A stretch of DNA of 20,000 nucleotides from an uncultured virus (IMG/VR IMGVR_UViG_3300031942_000002) (taxonomy: Duplodnaviria > Heunggongvirae > Uroviricota > Caudoviricetes): the IMG/VR virus record IMGVR_UViG_3300031942_000002, one strand, 5' to 3'. Under the pieces are notes generated by a model. It saw only the letters and a list, made by a program, of their open reading frames with translations, searched no databases and was not told where the DNA came from. The translations under genes and the position numbers were made by a program. Shown one piece after another: positions 7,836 to 13,926 of this stretch. How positions within the stretch are numbered: the stretch's first letter is position 1; every line of letters starts with the position of its first letter.

Positions 7836-8128
7836 CGATCGCATCCGAGCGTTTCGACCTCGACGAGCTGGACTTCGAGCCCGAGTCCCACCCCGCCGAG
7901 CGCATCCGGACGATGGTGAGCGCGATCACCGCCGCGCTGGCCCCGACGGGTGAGCTGATTCGTGCCGTGCAGCAGTTCCGCGAGACTTTCACCGACGTCT
8001 TCGGTGTCGATTTGACCGAGGCCCGTCGGATCAGCGAGGAGAGCGCCGCCTTCCTGCAGCGCAATCCCGAGTTGTGGGAGGCGCTGTGCGAGTGCACCCC
8101 GAGCCGTGGGAAGCTGTTGAGCGGATGA
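7832..8128 (+). CDS. hypothetical protein (98 aa)
   Basis: ATGA overlap, GGAG SD. Confidence 0.7.
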   Translation: MTIASERFDLDELDFEPESHPAERIRTMVSAITAALAPTGELIRAVQQFRETFTDVFGVDLTEARRISEESAAFLQRNPELWEALCECTPSRGKLLSG

Positions 8129-8343
8129 GATTCCCACGCATGATCGGCCTGACCGGCGAGCAGCAGGCCGAGGTGACCCGCCGGGTGCGCGAGCGGGAGG
8201 ATTACTTCGAGCGGCGCAATCGCGCCGACGCCGCGTGCGCGGGGATCCACATCGCCCAGGAGGCGTTCGCCGAGGCCCAGGAGGCGGTCGACCAGATGTG
8301 GGTGGAGGAGGTTAATCGACTGGTGGAAGAACTCGACCTGTAG
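8125..8343 (+). CDS. hypothetical helical protein (72 aa)
   Basis: ATGA overlap; MRFPRMIGLTGEQQ... Confidence 0.7.
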   Translation: MRFPRMIGLTGEQQAEVTRRVREREDYFERRNRADAACAGIHIAQEAFAEAQEAVDQMWVEEVNRLVEELDL

Positions 8344-8354
8344 AAGGAGAACCC

Positions 8355-8750
8355 ATGAAGGAAGTTGCCTGCATCGACCATCTGCGCGCGGCCCCGGTGT
8401 CGGTGATCATCAAGACCAAGAGCGGGCGTACCTGCGAGCGCGGCGAGCTTGGCTGGACGGAGATGGGCCAGCCCCGTGACCACGAGGTCACCTTCGACGA
8501 CGAGACGGATTTCCCGGCCACGGTGATCTGGTCCTACGCCCAGGAGATCGGGGATCCGGCCACCGAGGCGCTGGCACAGCTGGCGATGGTGTGGATCAAG
8601 CAGCAGCAGCAGGCCGACGCGGCGGCGGCCGCCGAACAGAACCGTCAGAACGAGATGGTCCGGCAGATCACCGAGCAGTTCGGCCAGCAGAACGGTCAGC
8701 CGCCGGTCCCGCAGTCCCCGCTGCAGGTGGTAGAGGCCCCTCCGGCTTAA
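8355..8750 (+). CDS. hypothetical protein with Gln/Pro-rich C-terminus (131 aa)
   Basis: AAGGAG SD; clean ORF. Confidence 0.8.
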   Translation: MKEVACIDHLRAAPVSVIIKTKSGRTCERGELGWTEMGQPRDHEVTFDDETDFPATVIWSYAQEIGDPATEALAQLAMVWIKQQQQADAAAAAEQNRQNEMVRQITEQFGQQNGQPPVPQSPLQVVEAPPA

Positions 8751-8765
8751 CCTGAATGGTAAACT
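8747..8765 (+). promoter_or_regulatory. operator-like TTAACCTGAATGGTAA overlapping extended -10 TGG-TAAACT (leaderless)
   Basis: TAAACT 8760-8765, 6 nt, then ATG 8772; arms match the 544-560 motif. Confidence 0.55.
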
Positions 8766-8771
8766 GGCGGG

Positions 8772-9005
8772 ATGCCGACCAACATCCAGCGCGACCTCGC
8801 GGACTACGTTCGCCAAGGCCTGAAAAAGAATGGGCGCACCCAGCGCCAGCTGGCCGACGACGCGGGGGTGACGACGAAGCATGTGACGATGGTGCTCAGC
8901 GGGAAGAGCGCGGCCAGCGTGCAGATGTGGCAGAAACTGGTGGACGCGGCCTGGAAAGGATCGGAGCAGCCTCATGACGCGCCGCAGACTGTGGATGTGG
9001 GTTGA
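8772..9005 (+). CDS. XRE/Cro-like HTH DNA-binding protein (77 aa)
   Basis: TQRQLADDAGVTTKHVTMVLSGKSAASVQMWQKL. Confidence 0.8.
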   Translation: MPTNIQRDLADYVRQGLKKNGRTQRQLADDAGVTTKHVTMVLSGKSAASVQMWQKLVDAAWKGSEQPHDAPQTVDVG

Positions 9006-9228
9006 CGCCGCGCTGGACCGCGCGGGCCTGATCCGCAAAAGCCAGCAGTGGGTGGAGCGGCTGGAAATCCACCAGCCCGGCAACGGGGAACTCAACCAGA
9101 TCCTGATCGAGCTGAAAGGCGGCTTCCGCTGGTCCGGTTATGCCGAGACCGGCCTGCCGCCCATGAGATATCCCGTCAACCCGATATTCAAGGGGCCCGG
9201 TGTGAAGACCAAGGGGGGTGATGGCTAA
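8974..9228 (+). CDS. hypothetical protein (84 aa)
   Basis: GGAG SD; overlaps preceding gene by 32 nt. Confidence 0.6.
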   Translation: MTRRRLWMWVDAALDRAGLIRKSQQWVERLEIHQPGNGELNQILIELKGGFRWSGYAETGLPPMRYPVNPIFKGPGVKTKGGDG

Positions 9229-9401
9229 TCTTTGCGTCCCGTTATCCAACGGTCGATGGTCTCGGGCAGCCAACCCTTGATGCGTCCGATCATGGCGTCG
9301 GGCGGCGGTAGCCGCCCGGGTATCTGGCTGTAGACCTTGACCGTGTTGCGGGCCAGGCCGCTCTTCTCTGCTATCTGGGTGATGCTCAGATAGCGCTTCA
9401 T
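9225..9401 (-). CDS. AlpA/excisionase-like HTH DNA-binding protein (58 aa), not in ORF track
   Basis: MKRYLSITQIAEKSGLARNTVKVYSQIPGRLPPPDAMIGRIKGWLPETIDRWITGRKD: HTH plus 'LPxPD..IG..GW..ETIDxW' pattern. Confidence 0.85.
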   Translation of the reverse strand: MKRYLSITQIAEKSGLARNTVKVYSQIPGRLPPPDAMIGRIKGWLPETIDRWITGRKD

Positions 9402-9504
9402 ACCTCTTAAGATATACCTATAAAGTAATCTCCACCATGGTGTGTACTTTAGGGTATGGTCTTCATCACATGCACTTTGTTACATATCTGTAAGGAGATC
9501 TCTT
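9402..9504. promoter_or_regulatory. AT-rich divergent promoter region with inverted repeat
   Basis: ATACCTATAAAGTA (9414-9427) versus TACTTTAGGGTAT (9445-9457) flanking palindrome CACCATGGTG (9433-9442); AAGGAG SD at 9492. Confidence 0.6.
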
Positions 9505-9762
9505 ATGATGCTGAAACGGGTGGTGGCGACCGGAATCGCCGCCGTGGGACTGGCCGTGGGCGGTGTCGTGCTGGCCAGCCCGGGCACCGCACACGCGAGC
9601 TGTGTCAACGCCGACGACGCCCAAGGCGGTGGTGGTGGCGGCTGGCCCGGCGGCGGGGGCTTCGTGGACTGCCACTACGCCGCCGACGGCAGCTACGACC
9701 ACTGCGTCAACGTGCGCGTGCTGGGCTTCGGTGGCTGGCAGTGCAACCGGGTGGGCGCGTGA
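9505..9762 (+). CDS. secreted Gly-rich 4-Cys protein (CDGP-domain-like)
   Basis: Signal peptide ending TAHA|; GGGFVDCHYAADGSYDHCVNVRVLGFGGWQCNRV. Confidence 0.8.
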   Translation: MMLKRVVATGIAAVGLAVGGVVLASPGTAHASCVNADDAQGGGGGGWPGGGGFVDCHYAADGSYDHCVNVRVLGFGGWQCNRVGA

Positions 9763-10100
9763 AGCGGCTGGCGCTGGTGATCGGACCAGCAATAGCGGCG
9801 GCGGGTATCGCGTTGGCGGCTCCCGCCAACGCGGCGCAGGGTGGCTGGGACCCTCACGGCAAACCGCATTCGTGGATCAAGGTCGGTTCCAACGAGGTAC
9901 AGCGCACGAAGAACAATACGGGCGGCGAGGACTTCGCGTATTACGGACGCTGCCCCGGCATCGCGGATCTTCACCAGTGCGACCGGTTGTTGCAGGGAAT
10001 CAACCGCGAGTTCCCGCTCGGCCAGCCCAACGTGAAGCCACGCGGCTACTGGGCCGAGTATTACCCAGACACGGACGAATTGCGCTCGGGGAGGTGGTGA
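9759..10100 (+). CDS. secreted 2-Cys protein (113 aa)
   Basis: GTGA overlap; signal peptide MKRLALVIGPAIAAAGIALAAPANA|. Confidence 0.8.
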   Translation: MKRLALVIGPAIAAAGIALAAPANAAQGGWDPHGKPHSWIKVGSNEVQRTKNNTGGEDFAYYGRCPGIADLHQCDRLLQGINREFPLGQPNVKPRGYWAEYYPDTDELRSGRW

Positions 10101-10447
10101 TGAGGAAAGCCATTATCGGCGCTGCGATCCCGCTCCTGTGTGGAGCGGGTATCGCCCTCGCGCCGCAGGCGCAGGCGCAGACCTGCGGTGTCTACTCACT
10201 CCCTCCACGGCTCGCTCAGGGCAACCCGGGCACCTTCATCCTGAATGTTCGCGGTGAAGTGAGCTGTCAGCAGGCCCGCACGATCATGAACGACTGGAAT
10301 GCGGGCAAGGGAACCCAGACTGCACGTAATGCCTCCACGGTCGACGGCTGGGACTGTGTCGGCAATCCCGCCGGGGTCTACGGCGAGACCGGTGTTCTCA
10401 GTTACTGCGAAAGCCCGTCCAGTGCCCGTATCGAAATCACTAGATAA
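10100..10447 (+). CDS. secreted 4-Cys protein (115 aa)
   Basis: TGATG overlap; signal peptide ending PQAQA|; RGEVSCQQARTI...VDGWDC...C. Confidence 0.8.
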   Translation: MRKAIIGAAIPLLCGAGIALAPQAQAQTCGVYSLPPRLAQGNPGTFILNVRGEVSCQQARTIMNDWNAGKGTQTARNASTVDGWDCVGNPAGVYGETGVLSYCESPSSARIEITR

Positions 10448-10456
10448 GGAAACATC

Positions 10457-10753
10457 ATGATTGTCCGTAGAACGATAGGTATTGCCACGCTGCTACTCGG
10501 GGTGGCCGGTGTCACCGCGTCCCCGGTGTTCGCTTCCGGTGAGCAGCCGGGCGGGCAATGCTCGCCGGGTGGAATCGTCTCGTCGGACGGAACGCTGGTC
10601 TGTTCGGGTCAATCCGGTATGTGGATGGCTCGCGGCGCTAATGGTGGTCTGTTGACGGTGAAGCCAGGCCAACCGTGCGACCGGCCCGGCGACGTGGCCT
10701 ACACCCCGCCCGAGGACATCGTCCACTGCCGCCAGGGCACCTGGCAACGTTGA
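10457..10753 (+). CDS. secreted 4-Cys protein with two internal PGxxC...C..GxW repeats (98 aa)
   Basis: AAGGA SD; signal peptide ending PVFA|. Confidence 0.8.
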   Translation: MIVRRTIGIATLLLGVAGVTASPVFASGEQPGGQCSPGGIVSSDGTLVCSGQSGMWMARGANGGLLTVKPGQPCDRPGDVAYTPPEDIVHCRQGTWQR

Positions 10754-10764
10754 TCACATCCCCT

Positions 10765-10805
10765 GATTCGGTCCCCGGCGTTTATGCTGGGGATCGAGTC
10801 GTTTT
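10765..10805 (+). terminator. intrinsic terminator
   Basis: 16-bp stem GATTCGGTCCCCGGCG / TGCTGGGGATCGAGTC (with G-U pairs), loop TTTA, followed by GTTTT. Confidence 0.8.
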
Positions 10806-10872
10806 GGGCGCGTCTACGGGATCGGAGGCTACGAGCTTGAATAGCGCGGGCGCGGAGTGGGTGGAGGCGCGG

Positions 10873-11103
10873 ATGAACGAGATCCTCAAGCCCTATGGCA
10901 TGCGGTTTAAAACCGAGCCGATCCTGGCCGAGCATGACGAATCCTCCCGGCTGCCCACCTACCAGATCGCCTTGGTCTACGACGTGCCGCCATGGATGCT
11001 CAACCCCTACTACAACACCCGGTGGTGGCGGCTGCGCTGGCGCCTGCGGTGGTTCGAGAAGATGTTCACCCGGCTGCGCAGGCGGCTCTTCCGGCGGTCG
11101 TGA
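10873..11103 (+). CDS. hypothetical protein with Arg/Trp-rich C-terminus (76 aa; upstream TTG start possible)
   Basis: GGAGG SD; ...TRWWRLRWRLRWFEKMFTRLRRRLFRRS. Confidence 0.6.
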   Translation: MNEILKPYGMRFKTEPILAEHDESSRLPTYQIALVYDVPPWMLNPYYNTRWWRLRWRLRWFEKMFTRLRRRLFRRS

Positions 11104-11149
11104 TAGGACTGAAGTTTCCTTAACCCCGGTAACCGGAAGGACGTTCACC

Positions 11150-11314
11150 GTGCCCAACTTCGACAGCTCACTGATCACTGATCTGCGTGGCCTGGCTCGG
11201 GAGTGCAGGCAGCTGGCGTACACCGGGCACCACGACAAGGAAACCGCGCTGCTTTCCCTTTCCAACCGGCTGGACGCCCAGGTCGGCCGGATCGAACAGC
11301 TGGTGAACACCTGA
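11150..11314 (+). CDS. hypothetical protein (54 aa)
   Basis: GTG start with GGAAGGA SD; MPNFDSSLITDLRGLARECRQL... Confidence 0.6.
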   Translation: MPNFDSSLITDLRGLARECRQLAYTGHHDKETALLSLSNRLDAQVGRIEQLVNT

Positions 11315-11321
11315 GGGGTAA

Positions 11322-11362
11322 TTACCCAATAGGTTGACGCCGCCGACGGCGCCTGGTAGACA
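11322..11362 (+). promoter_or_regulatory. SigA-like promoter TTGACG-N17-TAGACA with operator-like site over the -35
   Basis: -35 at 11334-11339, TGG-extended -10 at 11357-11362; 11322-11338 is the reverse-complement copy of the 544-560 motif. Confidence 0.55.
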
Positions 11363-11435
11363 GGTGGAATCCCACGCCGGGTCCGTCCACAGTACGGGTT
11401 CCCCGAGCGGGGCTATCCCTGAGGAGGGGATTATT

Positions 11436-12149
11436 TTGGTTACTCCAAATCCGGAGTTCGTCCAGCCCACAGCGGAAGAGCTGGGGGCCGATCCCGAAGA
11501 AGTCAAGCGCATCTGCGACCAGATCCTGATCGATCAGGGCTGGTGCACGCGCATCGCTGGTGTTCTGCAGCCTTACGACCAGGCGGTCAAGGAGGCGGTG
11601 TTCAACGCGGTGATCGATAGCCACGTTCTGGACACCGAGCAGGAGATCGAGACCAAGCTGGCGTTCAGCATGGCCGAGTTCTACGGCGAGATGGTGCCCG
11701 GCGGGCCGAAGGTCGATAGTCGCAACGTCAACGAGCAGGCCGCTGCGGGGATCCTGGCGCAGGACCTGTGGGGCTACACCTCGGGGTCGACCACCGGCTA
11801 CGTGCAGCGCGGTCTGGAAGAGAAGCAGCTGGTGTTGTGCGAGGCGAGCACCATGCGGCCGTTCTTCAACCCGGTGGTGCGTCGTACCGAGTCCCGTTTG
11901 GTGCGGGTGCGTTTCGCCAGCGCCAATCACGGGCTCATCCTGAAGTACTACACCGGCCCGGCCGGGACGGCGTACGTCAAGGCGGCCAAGCGCTACCAGG
12001 CCAAGCTGGACATGGTGGTTCGCCGCCAGAAGGCGATCCTGCCGGAGCTGACCGCGCAGGCGGCCAAGTTCCTGGGCGAGGCCAAGAAGGAGATCCCGTT
12101 GGCGGTGCCTGCCAAGGCGTCACAGACGGCGATCGAGGGCAACGGCTAA
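11436..12149 (+). CDS. hypothetical protein (about 237 aa)
   Basis: TTG start 5 nt after GAGGAGGGGA; GC3-rich ORF; TAATG coupling to next gene. Confidence 0.75.
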   Translation: MVTPNPEFVQPTAEELGADPEEVKRICDQILIDQGWCTRIAGVLQPYDQAVKEAVFNAVIDSHVLDTEQEIETKLAFSMAEFYGEMVPGGPKVDSRNVNEQAAAGILAQDLWGYTSGSTTGYVQRGLEEKQLVLCEASTMRPFFNPVVRRTESRLVRVRFASANHGLILKYYTGPAGTAYVKAAKRYQAKLDMVVRRQKAILPELTAQAAKFLGEAKKEIPLAVPAKASQTAIEGNG

Positions 12150-12790
12150 TGGCCACGGCGAAGGGAGGGCGCGGGAAACCGCGCCCTCCTGTCACTGTCA
12201 CCCCCTTCGTCCATGACCCGGCGTTGCTGGCCTACGTCCGCGAGCGGATAGAGGCAGGCAAGCCGGTGGGCCGCGAGGAGCCAATGCGCCGGTTCGGCTG
12301 CACCCGGGAAGCCATCGACAAGGCCCGAGCCACCGTGAAGACTCTTCGGGGCCGCACCACCGAGGATCTGATCAACGAAGCGTGGAAGCTGGTCCAGAAT
12401 CCCGAGGTGTGGAAGGGCCTGCAGGCGCGGATGGATGCCGACGCCAAGTCCCGCGCTGCCCGGCGGATGGGCGTCATGGACAAGGAGCTGAAGACCCGGG
12501 GCAACTTCCTGCGGACCGAGCGGTCGGCTCGGGAACGGGCCCTGGATCCCTATTCGTCGGTCCTCAAGGCCCAGGAGCAGCTGAATCTGGCCGCGCAGAA
12601 CGTGCGGATGATCGGGGAGTTCCTGACCCGCGATCAGTTCTACCGGGATCATTCCGAGCCCATTCTCAAAGAGCTGGACAGCGTCGAAGCGGCGGTGGCC
12701 GATGTCAAAACCCTGCATGCGCCGCCGCCTGATGACCCGTCGGTCATCGATGTGGAATCTTGGGAGGATCCTGGGCGAGAACTGGAATAG
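12149..12790 (+). CDS. putative HTH-containing coiled-coil protein (213 aa)
   Basis: REEPMRRFGCTREAIDKAR looks HTH-like; helical C-terminus. Confidence 0.7.
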   Translation: MATAKGGRGKPRPPVTVTPFVHDPALLAYVRERIEAGKPVGREEPMRRFGCTREAIDKARATVKTLRGRTTEDLINEAWKLVQNPEVWKGLQARMDADAKSRAARRMGVMDKELKTRGNFLRTERSARERALDPYSSVLKAQEQLNLAAQNVRMIGEFLTRDQFYRDHSEPILKELDSVEAAVADVKTLHAPPPDDPSVIDVESWEDPGRELE

Positions 12791-12814
12791 CCTCAGCGCA
12801 GCACCTCATCAAGC

Positions 12815-12849
12815 CGAGGGCGGGCCTCACCAGTGGAGGCCCGCCTTCG
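12815..12849. terminator. hairpin terminator between convergent genes
   Basis: 14-bp stem CGAGGGCGGGCCTC / GAGGCCCGCCTTCG, 7-nt loop. Confidence 0.75.
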
Positions 12850-12855
12850 TGCATC

Positions 12856-13026
12856 TTACGTCCGCTCCCAGTCCCAGGCCTCGATCAGCGCCAGCAGCGC
12901 CGCCGCCTCCAATGGCGCCAGTACGACATGCCCGGCGCCGTAGCGGCGCAGTTTGTTCAACGCAATCTCGCACAGCGTGCCCTGGTCGGCATCGTCTGCG
13001 GTTCCCCACCCAATCGCCTGTGCCAT
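12856..13026 (-). CDS. hypothetical protein (56 aa), not in ORF track
   Basis: MAQAIGWGTADDADQGTLCEIALNKLRRYGAGHVVLAPLEAAALLALIEAWDWERT; purine-rich SD-like upstream; ends just before the hairpin. Confidence 0.6.
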   Translation of the reverse strand: MAQAIGWGTADDADQGTLCEIALNKLRRYGAGHVVLAPLEAAALLALIEAWDWERT

Positions 13027-13082
13027 ACCCCTTTTCCTATCCCCACCCGATGGCTACCGATCCCATGAAACACAGCTGCTGG

Positions 13083-13114
13083 TTCCTCTAACTTATCTCT
13101 AATCTTGCTATAAT
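13083..13114 (+). promoter_or_regulatory. promoter: two CTAAYYT repeats plus extended -10 TGC-TATAAT
   Basis: Consensus TATAAT 13109-13114; homologous to 4013-4044. Confidence 0.7.
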
Positions 13115-13167
13115 GGAGGTGTATCCGGACATTCTGGTTTGGATCATCTATGAGGAGACACACACAC

Positions 13168-13548
13168 ATGAGCGGAAATCGAAAATTGGTGATCGGCGGT
13201 GTCGTCGCGGCGGCGGCGATGCTGTTGATGGCGGCCTGCGTACTGTTCGCGGGGCTGGCGCACGCCAGCTCTGAAGGGGATCGGGATGCCTCCGCGTACG
13301 CGGCCGAGCTGGCGATCGCGGGGCTGCCCGCGCCCGCCTACAGCGCCCAGCGTCTGGCGGGCACCATCTGCGAGAGGCGGTCCGAGGGGATCAGCGAGAG
13401 CGCGGCGATCGCCTACATGGAGGCCCCGCCCCCGCCGATCGCGTCGCACCATCAGGCGATGGCGATAGTGATGGGTGCCGAATGGCACTTCTGCCCGGCC
13501 TACTACCAGGGCGGCGCCAGCGGCGGCTACGGCGGTGGCTACGCGTGA
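13168..13548 (+). CDS. DUF732-family secreted protein
   Basis: GAGGAG SD; signal peptide ending LAHA|; YAAELAIAG...AGTICERRSEG...IVMGAEWHFCP two-Cys pattern. Confidence 0.75.
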   Translation: MSGNRKLVIGGVVAAAAMLLMAACVLFAGLAHASSEGDRDASAYAAELAIAGLPAPAYSAQRLAGTICERRSEGISESAAIAYMEAPPPPIASHHQAMAIVMGAEWHFCPAYYQGGASGGYGGGYA

Positions 13549-13592
13549 GGCACTGAAACCATGTCGCCGGGGCGTCAAACAGGAGACGAACG

Positions 13593-13892
13593 CTGACCAA
13601 CTATCGGCACAAGCTTCCCCCGAAGTGGGGAACCGAGAACCAAAACTGGGTCGGTGATGCGGTCAGTTACCACGGCCTCCATCGGAGATTGGTTCGGAGG
13701 CGGGGCAAGGCGTCGGAACATACATGCGTTGACTGTGCCGCTCCCGCGAAAGAATGGTCATACAACGGGACCGACCCGGAAGCGAAGTCTGACCCCAGAA
13801 CGGGTTATACCTTCAGCTTGGACCTCGACCGATATGTACCTCGATGCGCCCGGTGCCATCGACTCAATGACCATCAACCACCGATGGTCTAG
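13593..13892 (+). CDS. HNH-like (His-Me finger) protein, apparent CTG start (99 aa)
   Basis: NWVGDAVSYHGLHRR...RGKASEHTCVDC...WSYNGTDP...YVPRCARCHRLND; AGGAG 7 nt before CTG. Confidence 0.65.
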   Translation: MTNYRHKLPPKWGTENQNWVGDAVSYHGLHRRLVRRRGKASEHTCVDCAAPAKEWSYNGTDPEAKSDPRTGYTFSLDLDRYVPRCARCHRLNDHQPPMV

Positions 13893-13926
13893 GCCCGTCG
13901 GGGCCCGAGATCAAGGAGAGACACAC

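Noticed and set aside
9225..9401. Excisionase marking an integration cassette
   Set aside because: No integrase, tRNA or att-like repeat seen in the window
11120..11136. TTAACCCCGGTAA as a fourth operator copy
   Set aside because: Arms match but the spacer is 3 nt shorter than in the three other sites
13654..13926. N-terminal 91-aa extension of the TOPRIM ORF as given in the track
   Set aside because: Overlaps the HNH-like gene in another frame; a strong SD supports ATG 13927
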